Of a stretch of 64,000 bases of DNA, positions 9,705 through 21,343 are shown piece by piece (position 1 is the stretch's first letter; the number at the start of each line of letters is the position of its first letter). The stretch covers positions 1,280,001-1,344,000 of the forward strand of contig CM000207.1 of NCBI GenBank assembly GCA_000002445.1. The letters are read 5' to 3'. The position numbers and the translations under genes are program-made. A model generated the notes under the pieces. That model was not told where the DNA came from. It saw only the letters and a list, made by a program, of their open reading frames with translations, and did not search any database. The stretch comes from Trypanosoma brucei. Lineage: Eukaryota.

Positions 9705-11296
9705 CTTTACACTTTTTGGTTATATATATATATATATATATATAGTGTTACACCCTATCTTCCTCTCCTACGCCGTTGCTCAATCGAACACAACTTAGCG
9801 GAATAATATTCGCTGTCACGAAAGAACAGGAGCTCCCCCCTTTTTTTTTGCTTCAGTTGTCACTGCGCCCGTGCTATCGTGTCCGTGTCCGTGTCCGTCA
9901 GTAAGGCTCAAGACAAGATAAACAAAACGTGCCTAAGTATTTATGTATTTACTTGCCCACTATAAATATAAATATATATATTTATATTCCCTTTTCCCTT
10001 TTCCCTTTCTGCCAGAATGTTCTCTCACGGAATTAGTCAATATTCTGCTTCGTATTCTTTCATTAAATTAAAAGATGCAGGGGACAAAGGAAGAAAAAGA
10101 GACAAAAATTAAATATTGCGGTATTCATAGTAAAGAAATGGATAAGAATTGTGAAGGTAATGACGTCAATAATACACCGACAGCACATAGTTGTGCATTG
10201 GAAGCTGTTGAAAACAAAAACCTGAGTAACATGAACGGAGATACGGAAGATCGAAGGGTGAGAACAAAAAAAGCCAGGGGGGGGGAAGAAAAAGAAAAAA
10301 AACAAAAAAAAAGATAAAGATAAAAAAAACTTTAAATGAAAGGTAAAAAAAAAGAAAAAATGAGAAGGTAAATGAATAACCGGCAAAAGAAAATACCTAA
10401 GCTCAACCGGAGGCGCTCTATTTTGCTTTTTTTTCTTTTTACAGTAAGCTACTGAGATCATACCTCCCTAGTTTTTGTTAAAGGTGAAAAAAGGGGGGAC
10501 AAGGAAAGCGGTTAATGGAAGGAAAGAAAAGATTTAAGAAGAAAATGGTAGTACCAAAATATCTCACATACTCAAAAAAAAAAAAAAGAAAATTCTAAAA
10601 GAACGGAAGCCAATCATAGAAAAGGGAAGGAGCAAAGAAGAAGAATAGAAGTTGTATAGTGAACAACCGGTGGTAGAAGTGCTCACACTGCCATGTTTTA
10701 TTTTCCTTGTGGGCGGCGACCCAACCAACAACCCATGTGTTTGCGAATGAAACAACAAAAGCACAAACAGTTAAAAAGAAAAGGAAAAAAAAAAGCATAA
10801 ACACACAAACATAAATATATACACATACATAAAAGCATGGTCATTTAATTTTCATTCGCACGTCTAAATTATGCTCTCCATCTCCTATCTCCTTCCCCGT
10901 ATTTCATGTGAGTTGGGCCCACAAAAGAAAAAAAGAGAGATCATTGGTTTCGTTCCTTACTCCCCTGTTGAGCAAAAGCCTAGTTGTCATCCGTAATAAT
11001 AGAGCAATTCTTCACTTATACGCCTTTTTCAAATTACACAACCACACTGTTTGGTTGCATTTCTTCCTTCCTTCTTCTTTTCTTTTCTTCTTCCTTCGAT
11101 TTGGTTACCCATTCCCCCATAAGACATAAAGTGTGATAATGATCTTGTATTGATGAAACGACAGTAGCGCCTGTAACCCTTTCCATTTTTCTCTTTTTTT
11201 CTTTTTTATTGCAAACTTAGAGCTTTAAACAACCGAGAGTGAATGCACACAAACGCGCTTATACGGACATACACCACCATGCGAGCATTGACGCAT

Positions 11297-13225
11297 TTAT
11301 TTTACACGCTTTGGTGGCTCCCTGCTGAGATGTTTCAGAGACCCGCCCCCAGCCGCAACAGTTGCAACTCCTTTCGTTTTGTTTGTACGATTTGAATCAG
11401 GCTGAGGTCTCGCCGTGCGTGCAGTCGCCCGCTCGCTGGTAGGGGTTCTGGAGGAAGTAGAACGACCTACAGTTGGTTTATCAGTTCTCAAAAAACGTGC
11501 TTTATTTTGATTCGCCGTGTCACGAGTGGCGATGGTGCGCCTTGCAGAAATACGCGGGGCAACGGAACTTTGACCACCGTCCGCTAGACCGCGTTTTTCT
11601 CTTTTCATTTGAGTTGCTGCCAGAAGCTCCGGGTGCGGAGCCGCGAGGAATGTTTGGGGCTCTCGAAGCATGGCTCCACCTTCCGAACATGCATCCGCAG
11701 CATCGGAATCTTGAAAAAATTCTGCATCGTTCTCAGGTACAGCTGTGGCGAGTGCCGCCGATGCGGTCTTGGATTGGTGTTGTTTGTCCTGTTGATATGA
11801 GTGTAAACATCTATTGTCATTTCCTCTAGTATCTTCAATATGTCCATGCAGTGACCTGGGAAATGGTTCCTCTACATCTTCCTCTAACTCCGCTAATCTC
11901 GTCTCAAGCGGTGTGTTTGGTAGGACGTCGGTCACTACACCCACAGGAACTGCACTTCCTTCATCTTCATACTGTCTCGTTCGTTGATCAAATCCAATGT
12001 GCGATGCCATCGGTATTGAAAACCGTGCATTAGACATTGTTAGTTGCGACGGGGCTCGCAACCGCTCTTCACTCAGCATGCTTCTATGTACATCTGTCGT
12101 ATGTGATAAGCTGCGTCCGAGTCTGCTCGCGAGACCAACGCTGTAGCGCACACCCGACTGATAGCGCCACCGCAGGCCACTGTCACCGACTAAAATATGG
12201 ATGTTGGACGTTGATGACAAGTTCGCGACAGCGCGCTGGGCCGCAACCGTTTCTTCATTTTGTCTAACGTCGATCAGGCGCAGGGATCTGAGGCACCGCA
12301 TCTTTTCCTTGTCTTTGCAACCAACGAGCTCCTCCACACATTTGCGCATGCCTATTTGTGACATGTTGTTTTCCGAGAGCCTTATATAACATAGCGACTT
12401 ACAGAAGGTTTGTTCCGCGGCCTCCGCTGCCTGTGATACGGGGGGGTTGCTATCGTTTTCAGCCATGAGAAACTGAAGCGATGTGTAGTTAGTGCTCAAC
12501 CTCTCACGTGCCGAGGGAGACAAACAAAACGACATAATTGAGGATGACCGCGATCTCTGTTCATCGTGTACCAATGACACCGCTGAATGCTGGTGCCTCG
12601 AGTTACCCACGTGCTCCAGAAAGTCACGCACAATCCACGGCCCACTCGCGTCGTCCAACAAACAATGCTGAAGATCCAACAGAAAGAGTTCGTACCGCCC
12701 TATTGGCAACGTACATTCAGCGTCAAGCGGAGTGCTTTCCCTCTTCACCCTCGCCAATTGATCCTCTCTGCCCTCGTCCGACACGTTGTCCTTCATTGCA
12801 AGAACCAATTTGGACAGAAGTGCCGAAAGACATTGCGTAAATACCCGACGGTGTTCGGCAACGTGAAGACGGCGGCCAATGGACGCAGAAGAATCCACCG
12901 CAAGTCCAACACGACCCGCACACTTTGGGCAACACAAAACTTTCTTGAGACGTAAAAATGCCTTGGGGTCTCTCGTGTCAAGTTCGCTTAGAGCAGTTAA
13001 TGTGCACTCCGGAATGAGTACCTCCGGTTCAACACCAAAATCAGACCTCAGAATGGATTCCGGTGCCTCGGGAGAACTCCTGTCCGCAAGCCGCAGCTCC
13101 GTGTACCATTTTAGTTCTTCGGAATCCCTTCCCCCATCGGCTGCTGGGGTCGACTGGTTTTCTTCTTTGGTACAGTCGGGTGCTGCAACACATGTGCGTA
13201 ACACAATGGAAAGATCACTCCCCAT
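11297..13225 (-). CDS. hypothetical protein (642 aa), Leu-rich; N-terminus MGSDLS fits the N-myristoylation consensus MGxxxS
   Basis: Long ORF on the coding strand. Leu-rich segments (LFLLDLQHCLLDD, LRSLRLIDV) are suggestive of LRR-like repeats. Family not recognised. Confidence 0.5.
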   Translation of the reverse strand: MGSDLSIVLRTCVAAPDCTKEENQSTPAADGGRDSEELKWYTELRLADRSSPEAPESILRSDFGVEPEVLIPECTLTALSELDTRDPKAFLRLKKVLCCPKCAGRVGLAVDSSASIGRRLHVAEHRRVFTQCLSALLSKLVLAMKDNVSDEGREDQLARVKRESTPLDAECTLPIGRYELFLLDLQHCLLDDASGPWIVRDFLEHVGNSRHQHSAVSLVHDEQRSRSSSIMSFCLSPSARERLSTNYTSLQFLMAENDSNPPVSQAAEAAEQTFCKSLCYIRLSENNMSQIGMRKCVEELVGCKDKEKMRCLRSLRLIDVRQNEETVAAQRAVANLSSTSNIHILVGDSGLRWRYQSGVRYSVGLASRLGRSLSHTTDVHRSMLSEERLRAPSQLTMSNARFSIPMASHIGFDQRTRQYEDEGSAVPVGVVTDVLPNTPLETRLAELEEDVEEPFPRSLHGHIEDTRGNDNRCLHSYQQDKQHQSKTASAALATAVPENDAEFFQDSDAADACSEGGAMLREPQTFLAAPHPELLAATQMKREKRGLADGGQSSVAPRISARRTIATRDTANQNKARFLRTDKPTVGRSTSSRTPTSERATARTARPQPDSNRTNKTKGVATVAAGGGSLKHLSREPPKRVK

Positions 13226-13845
13226 CTTCCTCTTGAGTATTTAATCCGCCCTTCCACCCCTCAAAATAAAAAAAAAATGAATAAATAAACAACTGCGAGG
13301 TCAACAAATCTCACAAAAAACTCACTCAATTACGGATGTTTTAGTCTCTTGCAGCTCCTAGTCTTGCTTTTTAACAGACTTCAGCAACTGTTGGATTGAA
13401 TGCCTAGCCTACTATATACAATGACAACCAAGTATACTACGTATCTACTGAATATATGTGAATGCGTATTTACCTAACCACTCTTTTTTTTTTGCAGCAA
13501 ATCACCAAATCAGCAAAAAAAAAAAGAAAATAAACAATAAGCACAAGATACATTATTGTAGCCAGAAGGAAAGACAAAGGATGCGTGGCCCACCTTCACA
13601 TCTCGCATACAGTTCATAAATTCTTCGCGTGACCAAGAGAGCACGGAAATGAAATGGAGGGAGGGAGTGAAGGTTGGGCGTGACGACAAAACCCACAACT
13701 AAATGTGAACTTCAATTACACACGAAAAATCTGTGTCGATTCTAAATATATCCCAACAGCATATTATACATTCCGGTAGTGAATCAAGCCCTAATAACTG
13801 CCCCTCCCCCCCCCCCGCTCCATGCAACCTGCACCCACAAAAAAA

Positions 13846-14610
13846 CTACAGGCAATACTTCCGCTCAGTGAAGTATGTGTGGCGACCGAACCGCGACCGC
13901 CCCTCTACGGGCTCTACGGGCGTTTTACCGTGGACAGTCATCGTACATCCTGTTTCCGGGTTACCAGTATATAAGGTGATTGGCTCGTCTGAGAGATAAT
14001 CATTGCAAAGTGAATCAACCACTGGTAACTCCTCCGGCAGGCAGTGAACCTTCTGGTAGGTTGAAAGATACACATTGTTACCATCCATTCCAACGTTTGT
14101 CAGTTGCTTACGCTCAGCTTCTGTCGCGTTCTTTTCCTCACGTGCGGCGTTCAGGGCCACTTGAAGCAGCACTCGACTGCGTGCCCCCAAATCTGGACGT
14201 CGAAGTGTACGGAGATCAGCATTCTTTTCGCAATAGTCCTCACGATTTGTTGTTTGCAGGAATCGAGAGTGGGGATTTCGTGCATCGGATGTTACATAAG
14301 GCGTAGATGAATAACCGCCAGTAAACCGATCGTTTTTCCCTGGGCGAATGGCATCGAGACTCGCTCGCAGTACTGTAGTCGAGGTAAAGTCCATTTGCCC
14401 TTTGGGGTCTGATGGAACTGGTTGTTGCGCGAGGAGATCATCCTCCAGCACTTTTTCCTCCTGCCAGTTTCCACAGAGGACCTTTCGCGAGCACGTTGCA
14501 CCGTCTTTGTGCCGCTCCTTGTTGTAATGTTTTTCTTCAATCCATGTACCTGCGGGGCTGCATGTATCAATTGGCACGTACGGTTTCCGAGAGCGCAAGA
14601 GATGTGACAT
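13846..14610 (-). CDS. hypothetical protein (254 aa)
   Basis: ORF on the coding strand flanked by typical intergenic polypyrimidine regions. No recognisable domain. Confidence 0.45.
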   Translation of the reverse strand: MSHLLRSRKPYVPIDTCSPAGTWIEEKHYNKERHKDGATCSRKVLCGNWQEEKVLEDDLLAQQPVPSDPKGQMDFTSTTVLRASLDAIRPGKNDRFTGGYSSTPYVTSDARNPHSRFLQTTNREDYCEKNADLRTLRRPDLGARSRVLLQVALNAAREEKNATEAERKQLTNVGMDGNNVYLSTYQKVHCLPEELPVVDSLCNDYLSDEPITLYTGNPETGCTMTVHGKTPVEPVEGRSRFGRHTYFTERKYCL

Positions 14611-15439
14611 GTCAGGTCTCTTTTCCCCCTCTCTTCTCTTCTGAGGAGCTCTACGGTGCTGTATTATTTTTTTTTGTGTGTGTGTGTGTTTGTATGTGCA
14701 CCTTTTTATTCTCCTTTACAACACAATAACAGCTTCCTCCTCTCGGTTGCTGGAGTTGCTGGAGTTTATCCCTTGTAATGAATTGTTGCTGCGAATGAAA
14801 TGATGGTAAGAGAGATCAGGGGATTCAAAGTATCGTAATAACTGTTAAAGCATAATCTCAACATTTCTACAATGTTGTGGGTGTCGTGAGGAAACGTCTC
14901 ACTGTCCCCACTTTCCATATTCTTTTTGTTGTTATTATTGCACTCTCCATCCCCTCGTATGGATTGGATGTATTTTTTTTTTCTTTCGCTTTAACTTTCC
15001 TCTTCCCTTTTTTTTTAAAAAAAGACTGTTAAGCGGCGTTATCGGGAATTCGAACATTACTTTAACTAATCTTAAACCGCATCGAACGCTTGTCCTCACC
15101 GTTTTTTTCCCTCCGATTCAAACAACCGTAAACTCCTCACCCTCCCTCTCTTTTTGCGCAACGGCACATGCGAGAGAAATCAATACAAGAGACGGACAGA
15201 AACATTCAGTTTTATGATTGATTCTCTTTCCTTACCACTCACAGTACAATGTGGCTACGGAATGATGAGTTGTGGGCCAAGCGAAGGATCTGCAAGAAGC
15301 CGAAGTAAAAAAAAACCAAGGGCGAAGCGACACACCACAACCTAGACCTTGAGAAACGAGTCAAACACTACGCTCCGAGTGAATTATCCACCGTGAATTC
15401 CCCATAAATGCAAGCAAGACGGGCTTCCGCTCTGCTTTC

Positions 15440-17416
15440 TCAACGCACCCACTTTGGAAGCTTACTGTATGGATTACTGGGTTTCTTCTCCTTCAGCTTC
15501 TTCCCGGCGGCCTCTGCCTTCGCACGTCTTGCCTCCAACTTATTGTTCACGAGTCCACTTCCGTCCTTCGCCGCGGAAATGCGACCTTCTGACAACTGCT
15601 TTGCCTTCGCTGTCAGCATTTTCTCGCGCCTTTCGTTGCCTTGCACAACACCGTTGACCATCTTGTAATATCTCGCAGCCTTTTTGCGGGCAACCTGCAG
15701 TTGCATCTTGCGTGTCGCCACTTCTTGCCGTTTCACATCTGCGAGTTTTCTACGAAGCCGATGTTCATCCGTCTCTTGCTGTTTGCGTGCCTCCTTTGCC
15801 TTCTGCTGTGCCAAGCGCCGACGTGCCACAGCTTCGTTGGTAGGCGCATTCATCAAGTTCAACTCGCGCTGTTGACGCACCTTCAAAGCAGATAATTTGG
15901 TGCGTTCAACAGACTCAGTCACTTGTTCATCCTCCCACTTGGGTCGTCGTCGCGCCTCTTGGAGTTCGTCACCAGAGAGCTGCACGTCGTCGTCTCTGTC
16001 TAGCTCCTGTGCGGCGACGTTCTCCTCGTCACTTTCTTCTTCAAGAAGGAGCTCCGCAGCCTTTCCATCAGGGTCTGTTGGTGTATACTGCGGGTTGATG
16101 AGCTTTCGGATCTCGTGCACGCGCTTTGGAACATATGAAACTATCTTAGGATGATCCCGTCGGGCCTCCTCCACGGCAGCAATGTCCTCCGTGCTGTTGG
16201 TGATGGCCACTGTGAAGGGCGAAACGTGCGGCGGGAGCTCCTCACCAATGCGGTAACCGTTGGGTGGAAGCAGTAGGCGCGCATTGAGACAATCGAAGAG
16301 ATATTGCGGTTGAACGTATTCAATGCGATCATCTTTCTCAAAACCAGGTGGCAGTGCCGGTCGGTCTACTACAAAATGTGTAATGTTTTCGGCGACGTAT
16401 CCTGTTGCAACACGGCCACCGCATGCCTTGATCACAAGTGCTGCATGTTTGTGCGGGACCTCACGCGATATGTAGAAGGAGAGTCCCTCAAATACGCGAC
16501 GTACCTTCCGCAGCTCCTCGTCCATCAGCTCCACCCGTTTGGCAACTTGTCCCACCGTCCCGCCTAACCCTTGAACGGTTTCCTTGTTAGTGGTGTCGAA
16601 ATTCTCTGCGTTTAGGTTCGGCTCTTCCTCCTCCGCTTTCTGCTTCTCCGCTAGGTCACGCTCCAACTTAAAAAGCACGAAGCGCATCAATTCAAGGTAG
16701 AACTCAAGGAAACTGATCATTATATACTGCTGTACACCTGCTGGAAATTTGTGAGCGTACTCATGCGGGCATAACCAACGCACACGCTCGCCACGAACAA
16801 TGGCCTCAAAGTAATACCCTTTTATGGATATAAATCCCTTTGACAAGGCTTGGGCGCGCTCTACATAGCTATTCCACCGTTCGCATGTCTCGCGGGCCCG
16901 TCGATGAAGTCCAGAGGTCAGCGTGTGATGCGTCTCAATGGTACTCTCACTCGCCACTTCGGGACTCAGAAAAGCGTACAATGCAATCATAGACATGGCG
17001 TCATCAATATCCCGCACAGCGTCAGCGAAGTAAGGATAGCGCTCCTTAATTGTGGCAACAAGGCTATACTTGGGTTTAACCTTGTTACTGTGAAGGACTT
17101 TAAGGTCTTCAGTGAGCCTCATAGCCTCCGCCCGGCGAACCTTCTTTTCCCACGCGCGGAACGCCATCATGCGATCCGCCAGGTGATCCCGTACCAACCA
17201 CTTAATTTCACGGGCAAGGTAATATTGCTTGTCATTGCCGCTTTGTTTCTGCTTGCTTCGGTTCAGAGCACGGGGATAAATACCCTTGAGTATGCAGAGG
17301 CGACGAAAGTGAATCGAGTCGACCTGCAGCAAACGCGTTGCCTGCATGCGCGTGAGGTACTTCTTCTTTTGGCGCTCCTTCTTCACGCGCTTTGACCATG
17401 CCTGCTTTCGGTGCAT
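15440..17416 (-). CDS. PES1: Pescadillo homologue (pre-60S ribosome biogenesis, BRCT-domain protein)
   Basis: N-terminus 'KKKYLTRMQATRLLQVDSIHFRRLCILKGIYPR' matches the Pescadillo N-terminal domain. Internal 'ERYPYFADAVRDIDDAMSMIALYA' matches 'ERYPTFIDALRDLDDALSM'. BRCT-like 'FEGLSFYISREVPHKHAALVIKACGGRV' and a Lys/Glu-rich coiled C-terminus. Confidence 0.85.
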   Translation of the reverse strand: MHRKQAWSKRVKKERQKKKYLTRMQATRLLQVDSIHFRRLCILKGIYPRALNRSKQKQSGNDKQYYLAREIKWLVRDHLADRMMAFRAWEKKVRRAEAMRLTEDLKVLHSNKVKPKYSLVATIKERYPYFADAVRDIDDAMSMIALYAFLSPEVASESTIETHHTLTSGLHRRARETCERWNSYVERAQALSKGFISIKGYYFEAIVRGERVRWLCPHEYAHKFPAGVQQYIMISFLEFYLELMRFVLFKLERDLAEKQKAEEEEPNLNAENFDTTNKETVQGLGGTVGQVAKRVELMDEELRKVRRVFEGLSFYISREVPHKHAALVIKACGGRVATGYVAENITHFVVDRPALPPGFEKDDRIEYVQPQYLFDCLNARLLLPPNGYRIGEELPPHVSPFTVAITNSTEDIAAVEEARRDHPKIVSYVPKRVHEIRKLINPQYTPTDPDGKAAELLLEEESDEENVAAQELDRDDDVQLSGDELQEARRRPKWEDEQVTESVERTKLSALKVRQQRELNLMNAPTNEAVARRRLAQQKAKEARKQQETDEHRLRRKLADVKRQEVATRKMQLQVARKKAARYYKMVNGVVQGNERREKMLTAKAKQLSEGRISAAKDGSGLVNNKLEARRAKAEAAGKKLKEKKPSNPYSKLPKWVR

Positions 17417-17681
17417 ATTTTTTCGGTGCTTACCCTATCCTGTATCACCCACACATAGGATAAAAAGAATAATATTAAGAAGTTAACGAAGACAGCAACA
17501 CTGACAAATAGGGATAACCGAAGTGAATTGTAACGAAACTGAGGTAAACGGTAAGGGAAGCGAATAAGTTCATATCCCATATAACAACACAAACACCTTC
17601 GAGTTCAAGAAGGAAACAAATAAATAGTACTGCACCTACCCGTTGAATGGTGTCACACTCCCGATGTTTTGTGTCCTTTGG

Positions 17682-18782
17682 CTACTGAGGGGCGTTATCC
17701 TTCACTGCAACACCACCAGCGGCGGTCTCCTCACAGTGTTCTTGATCTTCTTCATCCACCTCTCCCTCAACTCCATCGTACTCCTCGCTATTCTCCTCAC
17801 GTGTCTTTTCCATACGCCACTGTGCCCGCTGTAGTTCTTCAAACGCAGCACTTTCAATGCGCATGCGCCTGTCATGCTCGCAACCGGGATATATTCCATC
17901 CTCGAACTTCCGGTCGAGGAGTTGAGCATCTTCAACGCTATCCGTGATGAATGTGTAGGGTGGCGTGAAGGTGGTATAGAGGAACGTGCTTCGGGCCTCC
18001 AACGAGGGGTAATCATCAGGCCATTCGCTCATTGTACTAAACCCCTCCAACGGGACGACGTGACTCGTGTCAGGAATCCGACGGGTAAAAAGAATACCGT
18101 TAAGATGGTCCAATTCATGCAACGCCATCCGCGCCCTCATCTTATCGAGGGTAACTTCAAATGGGTTGCCATCTTCTGCAATCGCCCGCACACGCACCGT
18201 TGACGGACGCTCAATGAAATGTAGCAGAAAACAGCAACTGGCACACGGCTCCCATGCAAAACAAGTTTTCCCCTCACGGCGTTTCTTTTCCATCCACAGA
18301 GCTTCAGCCTCAACAAAGGTGATGCTCTTTTGCTTAGCTATTTCCTCCACCTCTAGTGCGTCAAGGTTAATGGGGTTAATGAAGACAGTGCCATCAAAGA
18401 GGGTAAACATCTGCACGTTCCAACCAATCTTTGGAGCACACAAAGAAGGATATTGGTAGTAATGCCGCGCTGCTCGGACTCGGCCAATCATATCATTGAA
18501 CTCACCGCGACGAACAAGAGAAATATCAAGAGGATATTGCTTGCACCATAATGAGCGTGCGGGTAGTTGCACTATGGGGTGCTCAACATGGAGGTTGCTG
18601 CCAGGCATATAAGCTGAGTCTGCATTACTATGAGTTGTGTTACTGTGAGTTCGTTTCGAAAATAACATATGGATGGTCCCCATGCCGTCGGTACCGTTAA
18701 CAAAAGTGGGAGTTGATCTCGCTGAGTCGATACCGCGCATTATGCGACAAGATTGCCTAAAGAATGCATGATGTATACGCAT
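17682..18782 (-). CDS. PDF: peptide deformylase (organellar, PDF)
   Basis: Motif III 'HELDHLNG' (HExxH metal site of PDF). An 'EPCASC' segment sits where motif II (EGCLS) is expected, and a degenerate motif I lies around 'CAPKIGWNVQMF'. The N-terminal extension is consistent with mitochondrial targeting. Confidence 0.7.
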   Translation of the reverse strand: MRIHHAFFRQSCRIMRGIDSARSTPTFVNGTDGMGTIHMLFSKRTHSNTTHSNADSAYMPGSNLHVEHPIVQLPARSLWCKQYPLDISLVRRGEFNDMIGRVRAARHYYQYPSLCAPKIGWNVQMFTLFDGTVFINPINLDALEVEEIAKQKSITFVEAEALWMEKKRREGKTCFAWEPCASCCFLLHFIERPSTVRVRAIAEDGNPFEVTLDKMRARMALHELDHLNGILFTRRIPDTSHVVPLEGFSTMSEWPDDYPSLEARSTFLYTTFTPPYTFITDSVEDAQLLDRKFEDGIYPGCEHDRRMRIESAAFEELQRAQWRMEKTREENSEEYDGVEGEVDEEDQEHCEETAAGGVAVKDNAPQ

Positions 18783-19538
18783 CTCAATCTTAATCCCTCA
18801 ACACTTCCTTTCCTACATGCATGCAGAGAGGCAGCAATCAAGCAGAAATAAATTGCAGGAACGTGTGATGCATGAGTATCATTGAAGGAGGGACATGGAA
18901 ATAGTATCGTTCTTTTTGCAAAAAAAAATCCCATTAAAACGACATGTGGTCTTCTTCCGTTCCTTTGCAAAAAAAAAAAGAAAAAGCGGCGCCCCCCACC
19001 GCAACATTTTTTTTTAATTGCAGTTAAGGGTTAATTCAGAAGCGCCATAGAACCATCTGGGGCAGCACAGCAGATATATATATATGAAAGGAAAGTAATA
19101 GATGCAGAGACGTCTTTTCATTTCTGTTCAAAAATTAAAATATGGTGGCAAAGAAGGGGTTTAAACAGTTATCTATCACAAATAAAGAACGAAACACTGT
19201 TGCTGTGAAATTGAATCTATGTAGGAAAATATGAAAAATCATTCTCTCGCGTTCTTTTTTTTTTTTTAATGTTTCTAGGTAAAAAAGAAAAATGAAAAAA
19301 GATGAGCGACTGTACGTGTATCTAAAACGCACTCACATAACACCAAATGAAAAAAAATGTATGCGAAACTTAAGCAAATATGTTTCCGTGATATTTTACC
19401 CACCCGTGAACAGGAATCAGCGGGTGTCAGTGATGAAAAATTTGTGGAAGAACGAAATGATAAAACACACACATACACACAAAAAAAATCCACAGGCACG
19501 GTGAACAGAGAGTTTCTTGTCTATTCTTCAATGTCACT

Positions 19539-21200
19539 CTACGTCCACACTAATAAATCACGCACTTGCGTTGAATTCAAATGGCTTGTATGGTATGAAA
19601 CCCTCCGTGGTGAGGGTGTTTGGGGTTGGTATGTTTCGCCAAAGACTATATTTGATTTTGTCACATGCTGCCCAGCGACGCGACCCACGCCACTTCTAAT
19701 ACGAGGCGATACCAACACTCCAGCTGGGTCGTAGAAATTATCTCCTCCTCCTGGTGCCGATGTGGCGCTTATGTCTCCTTTGGTTGGTGTGTTGGCGGTG
19801 CAAACACATTGACGGCCGTCCCTATTGTCTTCACCTTCTGAGAAATGTATGGGCTCTCGGCTGCTGGACAAACCACGGGGACCAACTTCCGCTGGAGACT
19901 CATCGCCAAAAGGTGTTGTGCAGTGCCTCCGGTCTGGGGTACTTGTGACACCTGCGGCGGCTGGATAGTTATTTCTCGGAGAATACAATGGTGTGGCAGA
20001 TTGGCTCACAGCCGTCCTCCTCACGTCCAGATCAGTTCGCCCAACCAAGAAAGGTGAAAGAGAACGACAACGCTGCGTCGCTTCTTTACGGCGGCTCCGG
20101 ATACCAAAAATATCATGATCCAAATACCCTGGATGCCCCTGCATCGATTCTGTGACACGGGGAGGCCGCTTACGGGGAGGTAAGGTATGTACGGGTTGTG
20201 TGGCCTCAAATGCATCCACGCCCTTCCTCGTGCGGATGCATGGACGTGGTGTGGTGGCGGCACTCGACCGTTCCTTTACCACAAGATTTCCGCCAAGGTT
20301 ATCCCATCGGTACGTCGACAACTGGTAACGGACTCGGCGCCCGGGTGTGATCGGATTGTACTCCTGTTCGTCGGGTCTGAAAGGATGAAATGTGGCTCTC
20401 CTTTGTGCAACCGTGTTGGGACGCCGCCCCAGTGGTGTTGTTTTTCGGCGCCCCTCTTGGGAATAAATGAACCGCGCCAGACTTCCCAGTCCGTCATCGT
20501 GTTTTACTGCAGGTTGCTTTCGCACAGAAGGGGTTGGAGAGGTAAAATCAAAGATTCGGCTTTTATTCATTTGATTTATTTTTGCGGTATTAGCGCGCGC
20601 CCTGAAGGGGTTCAACTCGGGATCCACGCGATGTTGCATCTCATAGAGGTACCGCACATCCTCCTTTTGGGTCATATCTAATCGATAGGCGTCCGGTCGC
20701 ATGTCCTCTAACCGCGTGTTACATAACAACCTGGATAACAACTGACTGGTCGACATGTTCTCCAGAGAACCATTTGGTTCAGGGGTTGGGTTTCTGCGAT
20801 TACTTTTCCGGTCACCTGAGTTGCTGCGGTTACTTTTCCGGTCACCTGAGTTGCTGCGGTTACTCTTCCGTTCGTTACCAATATGGGATCCTTTACTTGG
20901 AGTAGATCGCTTGCCATCGGTCTTTATGGAGGAACGTCGGTGCTCTGTAGTTTGGTTCACGCCGGTATGAGCCGCTCGACGTGCCGACGATGCACCACTG
21001 GCAACCAAGTTTTTCCTTGTCGGCGTCCCGGACATATGTGCTTCAACTACTGAGGTAACAAGTTCTTTTAGTAAGTAGAAGATCGAAGGAATAGATGAAA
21101 TCACAGAGGATGGGAAATGGGGGTCAGGTTGTTGGTGATTGCACATGTATACGCCTGTATCTGTGTGTGACTTCGTTATGCTCGACACAAAGACCAACAA
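19539..21200 (-). CDS. hypothetical Ser/Arg-rich protein with internal 11-aa tandem repeats (SNRSNSGDRK x3); alternative start at 21035
   Basis: Long ORF. 33-bp tandem DNA repeat at 20789..20880 encoding 'ERKSNRSNSGDRKSNRSNSGDRKSNRRNP'. Confidence 0.5.
   Translation of the reverse strand: MLVFVSSITKSHTDTGVYMCNHQQPDPHFPSSVISSIPSIFYLLKELVTSVVEAHMSGTPTRKNLVASGASSARRAAHTGVNQTTEHRRSSIKTDGKRSTPSKGSHIGNERKSNRSNSGDRKSNRSNSGDRKSNRRNPTPEPNGSLENMSTSQLLSRLLCNTRLEDMRPDAYRLDMTQKEDVRYLYEMQHRVDPELNPFRARANTAKINQMNKSRIFDFTSPTPSVRKQPAVKHDDGLGSLARFIYSQEGRRKTTPLGRRPNTVAQRRATFHPFRPDEQEYNPITPGRRVRYQLSTYRWDNLGGNLVVKERSSAATTPRPCIRTRKGVDAFEATQPVHTLPPRKRPPRVTESMQGHPGYLDHDIFGIRSRRKEATQRCRSLSPFLVGRTDLDVRRTAVSQSATPLYSPRNNYPAAAGVTSTPDRRHCTTPFGDESPAEVGPRGLSSSREPIHFSEGEDNRDGRQCVCTANTPTKGDISATSAPGGGDNFYDPAGVLVSPRIRSGVGRVAGQHVTKSNIVFGETYQPQTPSPRRVSYHTSHLNSTQVRDLLVWT
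20789..20880. repeat. 33-bp tandem repeat (~2.7 copies) inside a CDS
   Basis: 'ttacttttccggtcacctgagttgctgcgg' repeated. It encodes SNRSNSGDRK repeats on the minus strand. Confidence 0.85.
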
Positions 21201-21343
21201 TAGCCGAAGAATATCCGAACGCTGAGTGGTACGTTGCGAGAACGTTCAAAAAAGTCAACTACCCAAATACGTCAGTGACAAACTGTAAAGTGGTGCTAAC
21301 CCACGTGTTGTTCTTGCTTTGGAGCAAAAAAAATTACATTCTG

